Assembly (NCBI GenBank): GCA_012744355.1
Contig: JAAYHV010000066.1
Location: forward strand, 383 to 64,382
Reading direction: 5' to 3'
From: Clostridiales bacterium
GTDB lineage: Bacteria > Bacillota > Clostridia > Peptostreptococcales > Anaerovoracaceae
DNA: 64,000 nt
Shown here: positions 42,003-50,379 of the stretch, in pieces
How the letters are laid out: every line of letters begins with the position of its first letter
Position numbering within the stretch: the first letter of the stretch is position 1
Program-made: the position numbers and the translations under genes
Notes under the pieces: model-generated
What the model saw: only the letters and a program-made list of their open reading frames with translations
What the model was told of the DNA's origin: nothing
Database searches by the model: none

Positions 42003-43165
42003 ATTTAATAAAAAATGTTACCGCAAAAGAAGGATATCATAAAATAATGGGCTCAGTTAGTGCAATAATAATAGGACTTATTTTTGGATTCCTTGTACTA
42101 CTTTTAGCAAATTCTTCAAATGCTTTTGAAGGTTTTATAACAATTGTTGCTGGAGGATTTACAGGCGGAGGTAGAGGCGTAGGCCAGGTATTATATTTTG
42201 CAACTCCTTTAATACTAACGGGACTTAGCGTAGGCGTTGCTTTTAAAACAGGAATGTTTAATATAGGTGCCCCAGGTCAATTCGTAATGGGAGCAGTATC
42301 TGCCGTATATGTAGGAGTACATGTTACTTTTTTACCAGCACCATTTCATTGGATTATAGCTCTACTTGCAGCTGCAATAGTAGGTGGTATATGGGGATTT
42401 ATTCCGGGAATGCTAAAGGCGTTTTTCAATGTACATGAAGTAATAGCAACAATAATGATGAACTATATCGGAATGTATTTATGTAATTTTATAGTAAAGA
42501 AAACTGTTTATAACAGTTTGAAGAATATTTCACTAGATGTGAAGTCCTCTGCTGTAATTCCAAAAGCAGGTCTTGATAAAATATTTGTAACTTTGCATGG
42601 TAACTATTCAGATGTATCGACGGTAAACGGCGGAATCTTAATTGCTTTTGGGATCGCGGTGTTTATATATTTTATAATGGAAAAAACTACACTTGGATAT
42701 GAATTAAAAGCAGTTGGATTTAATAAAAATGCAAGTAAATATGCAGGAATTAATGAGAAAAGAAATATAATATTAGCAATGACAATTGCAGGAGCCTTAG
42801 CAGGGCTTGGCGGAGGACTATTATTCTTATCTGGTCCTAGCGGAAGACATTTGGCAGTAGTAGATGTATTGGCTATGGAAGGATTTAATGGTATATCGGT
42901 AGCACTGCTTGGCTTATCAAATCCAATTGGTATAATATTTTCTGCTATATTTATTTCTTATTTAGCACAAAGTGGTACTTACCTTCAGACACTTAACTAC
43001 ATGCCTGAGGTTGTAGATATAATCATTGCAGTAATTATTTACTTCAGTGCTTTTGCATTAGTAATTAGACAAGTTTTACCTAAACTAAGGAAAAAGTTTT
43101 ATGAGCGAAAATCACAGCTACCTACTGCGAGTGAAGAAAAAGAAAGTAATGGAGGTGAAAAATAA
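41999..43165 (+). CDS. ABC transporter permease (BMP/nucleoside system)
   Basis: 388 aa, about 9 TM helices. ATGA overlap with the ATPase gene. Confidence 0.85.
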   Translation: MNLIKNVTAKEGYHKIMGSVSAIIIGLIFGFLVLLLANSSNAFEGFITIVAGGFTGGGRGVGQVLYFATPLILTGLSVGVAFKTGMFNIGAPGQFVMGAVSAVYVGVHVTFLPAPFHWIIALLAAAIVGGIWGFIPGMLKAFFNVHEVIATIMMNYIGMYLCNFIVKKTVYNSLKNISLDVKSSAVIPKAGLDKIFVTLHGNYSDVSTVNGGILIAFGIAVFIYFIMEKTTLGYELKAVGFNKNASKYAGINEKRNIILAMTIAGALAGLGGGLLFLSGPSGRHLAVVDVLAMEGFNGISVALLGLSNPIGIIFSAIFISYLAQSGTYLQTLNYMPEVVDIIIAVIIYFSAFALVIRQVLPKLRKKFYERKSQLPTASEEKESNGGEK

Positions 43166-44124
43166 TGTCAATATTTTATTTAATAGTACAGCAGACTATG
43201 TTTTTCACAATTCCACTCTTGGTAGTTGCTCTTGGAGGTATGTTTACTGAACGTGGAGGAGTTACTAATATCGCATTGGATGGTACCATGATTATAGGCG
43301 CTTTTGCAGGTATACTTTTCATAAATCAAACACAAGACACCATGTCAGGTACAACGCAGCTATTACTAGCAATGTTGGTAGCAGTAGGAATAGGCATAAT
43401 ATTTTCTCTATTTTTAGCTTTTTCTGCTATTAATATGAAGGCTGATCAGATAATAGGTGGTACAGCGCTTAACTTGTTTGCTCCAGCCTTTGCAATATTT
43501 GCGGCAAGAACCATTCAAACAAACGGCGTTCAGCAGATTCAATTTAATAACACTTTTAGAATCAGCAAAGTACCAGTACTTGGTGACATACCTTTTATCG
43601 GGGATATGTTCTTTAAGTCTTGTTATATTACAACTTATATAGGAATACTAATACTTTTGGTGGCTACCTTTGTGCTTTATAAAACTAAATTTGGATTAAG
43701 ACTAAGATCCTGCGGTGAGCATCCACAGGCAGCAGATTCTGTAGGTATTAATGTTTATAGGATGAGATACTCAGGTGTTATGATTTCAGGCGCATTAGGC
43801 GGCCTTGGGGGATTAATATTTGTTATTCCGACATCCACTAGTTTTAACGCAGATGTTGCTGGATATGGATTTTTAGCATTAGCTGTAATGATTTGTGGAC
43901 AGTGGAAGCCGATGAGGATATTTATAGTATCAATATTCTTTGGGAGCATGAAAGCTTTAGCAGCGTCTTATTCTGCAGTACCATTTTTAGCAAATGCACC
44001 GATCACTAGTGATTTTTATAAGATGGTGCCTTTTATAGCAACGCTTATTGTAATGGCATTTACATCTAAGAACTCAAGAGCACCTAAAGCAGTTGCTCAA
44101 CCTTATGATAAAGGAAGCAGATAA
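43165..44124 (+). CDS. ABC transporter permease (BMP/nucleoside system)
   Basis: 319 aa multi-TM protein. TAATG overlap with the preceding permease gene. Confidence 0.85.
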   Translation: MSIFYLIVQQTMFFTIPLLVVALGGMFTERGGVTNIALDGTMIIGAFAGILFINQTQDTMSGTTQLLLAMLVAVGIGIIFSLFLAFSAINMKADQIIGGTALNLFAPAFAIFAARTIQTNGVQQIQFNNTFRISKVPVLGDIPFIGDMFFKSCYITTYIGILILLVATFVLYKTKFGLRLRSCGEHPQAADSVGINVYRMRYSGVMISGALGGLGGLIFVIPTSTSFNADVAGYGFLALAVMICGQWKPMRIFIVSIFFGSMKALAASYSAVPFLANAPITSDFYKMVPFIATLIVMAFTSKNSRAPKAVAQPYDKGSR

Positions 44125-45945
44125 ATGTTTTTACCTATATCCAAAAAAGACATGGATGAGAGAGGCTGGGATCAGCTTGATTTTGTAATAGTAACAGGGG
44201 ATGCTTACGTAGACCACCATTCTTATGGAACTGCCATATTAGGAAGACTACTAGAGCGATATGGATATAAGGTGGGCATACTTGCTGAGCCTGATTATAA
44301 TTCGGCTGAAGATTTTAAAAGGTTTGGAAAGCCTAGATTAGGATTTCTAATAAATAGCGGAATAGTTGACTCAATGGTTAATAATTATTCCGTCTTTAAA
44401 CGTAGAAGAAGAGTAGATGAATATGCGCCCGGTGGAGTTTTTGGAAGAAGACCTGATCGGGCTGTTATAGTGTATAGTAACAGAGCAAGAGAGGCATATA
44501 AAGATGTACCAATAATAATTGGGGGCATAGAAGCTAGTTTAAGAAGGTTTGCTCACTATGATTATTGGGATGATAAAATTAGGCGATCAATACTCCTTGA
44601 TTCAAGGGCGGACCTTCTTATATACGGTATGGGTGAGCGCGCTTTAATAGAACTTGCAGAAGCGCTTGATTCTGGAATTGAAATAAAAGACGTTACATGG
44701 ATTAAGGGAACATGCTTTACAGGCAAGGACTTAACATCTGTGTACGATGAAGTTTTATTGCCAGATTACGACAAGATAACAAAGGATAAAAAGGAATATT
44801 GCAAAAGCTTTATGCTTCAGTACAAGAATAATGATTGTATGAACGGAGAAATACTAGTAGAAAAATACACTGAAAGTCAGTATGTGATTCAAAATATACC
44901 ACAGAGTCCTTTAAATGGTCAGGAGCTAGATGATGTATACGAATTACCTTATGAAGATGAGTATCATCCTGTTTATGAAAAAGATGGCGGGATACCAGGC
45001 TTCAGAGAGGTAAAATTTAGCATCGTTTCTTCAAGAGGCTGTTTTGGAGGGTGTGCATTTTGCGCAATAACATACCATCAAGGTAGAGAGGTAAGAGGAA
45101 GAAGTAAAGAATCCATCGTAAGAGAAGCTGAAAAACTTATAAAGAAATATGATTTTAAAGGATATATCCACGATGTAGGAGGACCTACAGCAAACTTTAG
45201 ACTTCCTGCATGTGAAAAACAGCTAACTGAAGGGGTTTGTAAAAATAAGGACTGTTTATACCCTAAGCCTTGTGGGAACCTTAATATAGATCATAAGGAG
45301 TATTTAGACATACTTAAAGCTGTTAGAAACATTGATGGCATCAAAAAAATCTTTATACGCTCTGGAATTCGTTATGATTATTTAATGGCAGATAAAAACC
45401 ATAATGAGTTCATGGAGGAGCTTTGCGAGTATCATGTTAGCGGTACGCTAAAAGTAGCACCAGAGCATATATCAGATAGCGTCCTTAAATATATGAGGAA
45501 ACCTTCAAAAGATGTATTTATCAAGTTCGTACGGGAATATTTTAAGACTAATGAGAAGTTGGGAAAAGAACAGTATTTAATTCCATATTTAATATCATCA
45601 CATCCAGGATCGACTATAAATGATTCGATAGAACTTGCGATTTTTCTAAAAGAATGGGGTTTTATTCCAGATCAGGTTCAGGATTTTTATCCAACACCTG
45701 GAACGTACGCGACCTGCATGTATTATACTGAAATAGACCCGTTTACCATGGACGATGTATATATTGCTAAGACATTAGACGAAAAGAAGAGGCAAAGAGC
45801 TCTTCTTCATTTTAATAAACCTGTTAACAAGGAGTCAGTTATAAGTACTTTGCAAAAGAATGGTAGAGAAGATTTAATAGACTACTTTTATCCGAAAGGT
45901 AAAAACAATGGGAGTAATAGAAGAACTAAAAAGAGGAGTAGATAA
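44125..45945 (+). CDS. ygiQ: YgiQ-family radical SAM protein (UPF0313)
   Basis: 606 aa with the FLPISKKDMDERGWDQLDFVIVTGDAYVDHHS N-terminal domain, a CFGGCAFC radical-SAM cluster motif and a basic C-terminal tail. The ATG directly follows the permease stop. Confidence 0.88.
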   Translation: MFLPISKKDMDERGWDQLDFVIVTGDAYVDHHSYGTAILGRLLERYGYKVGILAEPDYNSAEDFKRFGKPRLGFLINSGIVDSMVNNYSVFKRRRRVDEYAPGGVFGRRPDRAVIVYSNRAREAYKDVPIIIGGIEASLRRFAHYDYWDDKIRRSILLDSRADLLIYGMGERALIELAEALDSGIEIKDVTWIKGTCFTGKDLTSVYDEVLLPDYDKITKDKKEYCKSFMLQYKNNDCMNGEILVEKYTESQYVIQNIPQSPLNGQELDDVYELPYEDEYHPVYEKDGGIPGFREVKFSIVSSRGCFGGCAFCAITYHQGREVRGRSKESIVREAEKLIKKYDFKGYIHDVGGPTANFRLPACEKQLTEGVCKNKDCLYPKPCGNLNIDHKEYLDILKAVRNIDGIKKIFIRSGIRYDYLMADKNHNEFMEELCEYHVSGTLKVAPEHISDSVLKYMRKPSKDVFIKFVREYFKTNEKLGKEQYLIPYLISSHPGSTINDSIELAIFLKEWGFIPDQVQDFYPTPGTYATCMYYTEIDPFTMDDVYIAKTLDEKKRQRALLHFNKPVNKESVISTLQKNGREDLIDYFYPKGKNNGSNRRTKKRSR

Positions 45946-47224
45946 CGGCCAAGTAAAATGGGGTAGAGAGCTTAAGAGTGAATTTTATTGCACGGAATTC
46001 CACACTAAAAAGGAAACTGTAAATGCTATAACTTTTGGTGATAATCTAGAGTACATGAAATGGTTATTAGAAAAGGGCTACGGAGGTAAAATCGATTTAA
46101 TATATATTGATCCTCCGTTTTTTACTAAATCAAAATACGATGCTACAATTAAATTTACTGATGATGATGGAAAAAAGAAATCAATTAAGCATTTAGCTTA
46201 TGCCGATGTTTACGATGGAGAGCTTTCTGTATATGCAGAAAATATAACTGCAAGACTACTAGCAATGAAAGAGCTGCTTTCTGATAAAGGTCTTATATGG
46301 GTGCACTTAGATTGGCATTCATCTCACTACGTCAAGGTACTGCTAGATGAAGTATTTGGAAGCAAGAGGTTTGAAAACGAAGTTATTTGGACATATAAAT
46401 CAGGAGGCACAGGAAAAAGACACTTTTCAAGAAAGCATGATACACTTTTAGTTTACAGTAAAACGAAAGATTACTTCTTTAATGTACCTAAAGAAAAATC
46501 GTATAACAGAGGATTAAAACCGTACAGATTTAAGGGTGTAAAAGAATATAGAGACGAAATAGGCTGGTATACCATGGTTAATATGAAGGATGTATGGTAC
46601 CTTGATATGGTAGGCAGAACTTCTCATGAGCGTAATGGTTATGCGACTCAAAAACCGGAATCACTTTTAAAGAGAATAATTGAATGCTCGACTAAACCAG
46701 GTGACTTATGTGCTGATTTTTTTTGCGGATCAGGATCTCTTTTAGCTGCAGCTGATGATTTGGGAAGAAATTTTATAGGTTGCGACAGAGAAAAACTTGC
46801 CATAGCAACAGCTAAAAAAAGGCTTGATAATAGAGGAGCTATGTATAATTACTATTCAGACAATAAAGGCAGCTATACTTTAGATAGTTTTAAGGTTGGA
46901 ATTAAAAATACCACTAAACTAGAAGGTGAATCTGTCCTTGTAACCCTTTGCATCGAAAAATTTAACCCAATTATAAATTTAAATGATATAGTTAAACAGG
47001 ATAGAGAATTTGTGGATAAAATAGCTAAAGAATCACCAATAAATCTTTTAGATTACATAATTATAGACGATAATTATCAAGCTCCAAGATTTATTGCTAC
47101 AGAGATTATTAACGACATGTTTAGCGATATTAAAGTGATTGTTAAAGGAGATTTAGGGCTGATTGGAGTAGATACTTTTGGAAATGAATATATAGATATC
47201 CTTTACAAGGAGGGTTTTAATTAA
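45908..47224 (+). CDS. beta-class N6/N4 DNA methyltransferase (DPPF), with no restriction partner in this window
   Basis: 438 aa. Motif IV IYIDPPFF precedes YATQKPESLLKRII and motif I FFCGSGS, which is the beta permutation. The ~130-aa C-terminal extension has no similarity that I recognise. Its start overlaps ygiQ by 38 nt and its stop abuts the next ATG. Confidence 0.85.
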   Translation: MGVIEELKRGVDNGQVKWGRELKSEFYCTEFHTKKETVNAITFGDNLEYMKWLLEKGYGGKIDLIYIDPPFFTKSKYDATIKFTDDDGKKKSIKHLAYADVYDGELSVYAENITARLLAMKELLSDKGLIWVHLDWHSSHYVKVLLDEVFGSKRFENEVIWTYKSGGTGKRHFSRKHDTLLVYSKTKDYFFNVPKEKSYNRGLKPYRFKGVKEYRDEIGWYTMVNMKDVWYLDMVGRTSHERNGYATQKPESLLKRIIECSTKPGDLCADFFCGSGSLLAAADDLGRNFIGCDREKLAIATAKKRLDNRGAMYNYYSDNKGSYTLDSFKVGIKNTTKLEGESVLVTLCIEKFNPIINLNDIVKQDREFVDKIAKESPINLLDYIIIDDNYQAPRFIATEIINDMFSDIKVIVKGDLGLIGVDTFGNEYIDILYKEGFN

Positions 47225-48112
47225 ATGATAAAAAAGAAAGCGAGCGATATACTTCTCGATATAATCTTTATTTTAATAGGTACAGGGCTAAGTGGATTTG
47301 CAATTACATCGATTATGATTCCAAACGGACTTAGTAGCGGTGGAATTACAGGCATAGCAAGAATCGTTCAAGAGTCTTTTGGCATCTCTTTTTCAATTGT
47401 TTACTATATCCTTTCAGCTGTAGTATTTTTACTTGTAACTATATTGCTTGGTTTTAAAGAAAGCAAGAAATTAATATTAATATCTATAGCTATGCCCACA
47501 ATGATATTAATATTTGAAAGACTTAACTTAAATCTTTTAGATGAAAAGGATTTAATGCTAGCTGCAATATACTGCGGAGTGCTTTTTGGGTTGAGCCTTG
47601 GCCTTATATTTTGGAGAGGCTTTGCGATGGGCGGCTCTGATTCGTTAGCACAAATAGTTAAGAGGAAGCTGTTCCCGTTTTTAGATACGAGCAGGATACT
47701 GTTTGTAATTGACGCTATTATCATATTAATATCAGGATTAGTATTTGACAGGAATATAGCGCTATACGCATTAGTTACTCAGTATATATCAATGAAGCTT
47801 ATAGATGCTGTTTTATACGGTTTTGCAACTAAGCTTGTTCGTCTAGATGCAATTACAAACATACCAAGAGAGCTTAGGGATTTTGTGATTCAAAATGTGG
47901 TTAGAGGTGTTTCTAGTGTTGAAATTACAGGAGAATACACTGGTGTTAAGAGAAGAAAACTTATGATAATCTGTTCTCCTCGTGAGAGCATGTTGGTTAA
48001 AAGATTTTTAGCAAATAACGATCCAAGTTCCATGGTTTCAGTGATTGCTCTTAATTCGGTATGGGGAACTGGAAGAGGATTTAAGCAGATAGATAAGGAA
48101 GATAGTATTTAG
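47225..48112 (+). CDS. YitT-family membrane protein (DUF2179 C-terminal domain)
   Basis: 295 aa with 5-6 TM helices plus a soluble C-terminal domain (SSVEITGEYTG ... MIICSPRE). Confidence 0.85.
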   Translation: MIKKKASDILLDIIFILIGTGLSGFAITSIMIPNGLSSGGITGIARIVQESFGISFSIVYYILSAVVFLLVTILLGFKESKKLILISIAMPTMILIFERLNLNLLDEKDLMLAAIYCGVLFGLSLGLIFWRGFAMGGSDSLAQIVKRKLFPFLDTSRILFVIDAIIILISGLVFDRNIALYALVTQYISMKLIDAVLYGFATKLVRLDAITNIPRELRDFVIQNVVRGVSSVEITGEYTGVKRRKLMIICSPRESMLVKRFLANNDPSSMVSVIALNSVWGTGRGFKQIDKEDSI

Positions 48113-48118
48113 ATATGT

Positions 48119-48195
48119 GGGGGATTAGCTCAATTGGATAGAGTACCGGCCTTCGAATCCGTTGGTTATGAGTTCGAGTCTCATATCCCCTACCA
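48119..48195 (+). tRNA. tRNA-Arg (anticodon UCG)
   Basis: Folds as a 77-nt cloverleaf: 7-bp acceptor stem (G1-U72 wobble), D arm GCTC-AATTGGATA-GAGT (with A20), anticodon loop CTTCGAA, 5-nt variable loop, T arm ATGAG-TTCGAGT-CTCAT, discriminator A and an encoded CCA. The anticodon stem has C-U mismatches at 27:43 and 31:39. Confidence 0.78.
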
Positions 48196-48327
48196 TTATT
48201 AATTAATTAATTGTAAAAACATAAAGTGATTTGACTTGGTTATCTGTTGGCATATATAACCTATAAAATATAAATTCATACCAAACAAAGAAGAATATTA
48301 TTTTATAGGAAAACATAAAGAACTAAG

Positions 48328-48358
48328 CGGACTGTTTGTGAGCAGATGGACCGTTTTT
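48328..48358 (+). terminator. probable terminator downstream of the tRNA
   Basis: Imperfect hairpin CGGaCTGTTTG-tgag-CAGATGGaCCG (3 wobbles, 1 mismatch) followed by TTTTT. Confidence 0.4.
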
Positions 48359-48498
48359 AATTTGCTCTAAAAATATAATGAGGCAAAGAATATACGCACA
48401 ATAGCAGTAAGGTTTGGAATTAAGCAAAAAATAAAAAAGCCTTAAATAACATTAAATTTATGGTATAATATACAGGTATATTTAAGAAAGGGAAGACT

Positions 48499-50364
48499 AT
48501 GAGTAATTTGACTGTTAAAAAAAGAATAAACAAATTAAGAGAAACAATGGTAGAAGAAGGAATATCTCTTTATATGATAACAACAATGGATTTTCATATG
48601 TCAGAGATGACAAACGGATACTTTAAAACTTTAAAATATATGTCAGGGTTTACAGGTTCTGAAGGGAAAATGATAATTACTGAAAACAATGTGCATCTGT
48701 GGACTGACGGAAGATATGCAATTCAATCTGTAAAAGAATTAGAGGGTACTGATATTCATGTACATATATATAGCGACAGGAGCGATGAACTTCGTAATTT
48801 AAGTAGATTCTTCATTCTTAGTGGAGATAAAATGTTTACTGATGCTATCGAAAAAGCACCTAGTAAAAAGGTTATAGTAGCAAATAATGACTATGTTATA
48901 GGTTGTGACGGTAGAACATTTTCTGAAAATTTGATGCAAGATATTAAGGAAAGTATGCATATTGCATATGATTCAGGTATGGTAAAAATTAAAACAGACC
49001 TAGATCTTGTAGGTGAAGTATGGGAAGGTAGACCTAAATTACCAAAGGGGAAAATATATAGATTAAGCGATGATATTGCTGGAGTGCCGGCAGCTGAAAA
49101 GATTAAAAAAATAAGAGGAAGTATTAATCTTAGCAGTGGTAATATTGGTTATGTCTGTAGTTCTTTAGACGATATAGCGTGGCTGTTAAACTTAAGGGGC
49201 AATGACATAGAAGGAAGCCCAGTATTCCTTTCATATTTATACATGGGATCTGAAACAAAAGAAACATATCTGTTTGTAGACAGCACCAGATTTGGATATG
49301 ACGTTAATGAATATCTAAAGGAATTAGGAGTAGAAGTTTATAAATATGACGAGTTTTATGAATTTTTAGAAAATGTGGATGTAAACTTTGTTGCTATTAA
49401 TCCAAGCAAAAGCAATGCAGCTATTATAGACACTCTTGAAAATAGAGAAGATGTAGAACTGCTTGAAGTAGACGGTCTAATAGAAAATAGCAAGTCTATC
49501 AAGAATCCTGTGGAAATAGCAAATACCAAACGAATAAATAAGCTTGATGCCGTTGCTATGATCAAATTCATGAAATGGCTTAAAGAAAACGTTGGCAAGG
49601 TTGAAATGACAGAGATATCAGCAGCCGATTACTTGGAACTTCTTAGAAAAGAACAGGGATGTTTTGAACTCAGCTTTGATACGATATGTGGCTATGGAGC
49701 AAACGGAGCAATAATTCATTATACTGCAACTGATAAAAGCAATGCTAAAATTGTTCTTGGCAATTTACTTTTAGTAGATTCGGGCGGACACTATATGGGA
49801 GGAACCACTGACATTACTAGGACATTTGCTTTAGGAGAGATATCTGAAGAAATGAAAAAGCATTACACGGTTATTCTTTCTGGAATGTTAGAACTTGGAA
49901 TGGCAGAATTTCCTATGGGCGTTACTTCGGCGGAGCTTGATATATATGCCAGGGCACCGATTTGGAAACATGGAATAGATTACGACCATGGAACGGGGCA
50001 TGGCATAGGATATATGCTAAATGTTCACGAAGGCCCACAAATCATAAACTACAAAAGAAGTATGAGCTCTAAGATTATGCTTCCGGGCATGATTACATCA
50101 AATGAACCGGGGATGTATATAGAGAGTCAATATGGGATAAGGCATGAAAATGATATGTTATGCGTAGAAAAGAAAAATGGTTTATTGGGTTTTGAATATA
50201 TGACTTTAGTACCCTTTGACATAGATGCGATAGACGTTAAATATTTAAATGAGGCACAAAGAAAAGCACTTAACGATTACCATAAGAATGTCTATGAAAA
50301 GATATCACCATCACTTAGTGAAGAAGAAAAAGATTGGCTTAAAAGAGTTACGCAACCACTTTAA
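48499..50364 (+). CDS. aminopeptidase P family (M24B) Xaa-Pro peptidase
   Basis: 621 aa with N-terminal creatinase-like domains and an M24 core carrying metal ligands (DSGGHY ... DITRT ... HGTGHGIG ... SNEPG ... ENDM). Confidence 0.88.
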   Translation: MSNLTVKKRINKLRETMVEEGISLYMITTMDFHMSEMTNGYFKTLKYMSGFTGSEGKMIITENNVHLWTDGRYAIQSVKELEGTDIHVHIYSDRSDELRNLSRFFILSGDKMFTDAIEKAPSKKVIVANNDYVIGCDGRTFSENLMQDIKESMHIAYDSGMVKIKTDLDLVGEVWEGRPKLPKGKIYRLSDDIAGVPAAEKIKKIRGSINLSSGNIGYVCSSLDDIAWLLNLRGNDIEGSPVFLSYLYMGSETKETYLFVDSTRFGYDVNEYLKELGVEVYKYDEFYEFLENVDVNFVAINPSKSNAAIIDTLENREDVELLEVDGLIENSKSIKNPVEIANTKRINKLDAVAMIKFMKWLKENVGKVEMTEISAADYLELLRKEQGCFELSFDTICGYGANGAIIHYTATDKSNAKIVLGNLLLVDSGGHYMGGTTDITRTFALGEISEEMKKHYTVILSGMLELGMAEFPMGVTSAELDIYARAPIWKHGIDYDHGTGHGIGYMLNVHEGPQIINYKRSMSSKIMLPGMITSNEPGMYIESQYGIRHENDMLCVEKKNGLLGFEYMTLVPFDIDAIDVKYLNEAQRKALNDYHKNVYEKISPSLSEEEKDWLKRVTQPL

Positions 50365-50379
50365 TTAACGGGAGATATT

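Noticed and set aside
45908-47224. The methyltransferase as part of a restriction-modification or other defence system, or as a CamA homologue.
   Set aside because: The window contains no endonuclease, specificity, helicase or other defence-type gene, and no mobile-element signature, next to it. As far as I recall CamA is a different (gamma/TaqI-like) architecture, whereas this enzyme is beta-class, so I claim no homology.
48198-48212. A short (ATTA)n tandem repeat immediately after the tRNA.
   Set aside because: It has fewer than four units in very AT-rich spacer DNA, which is consistent with chance. There is no evidence for a microsatellite or att-site function.
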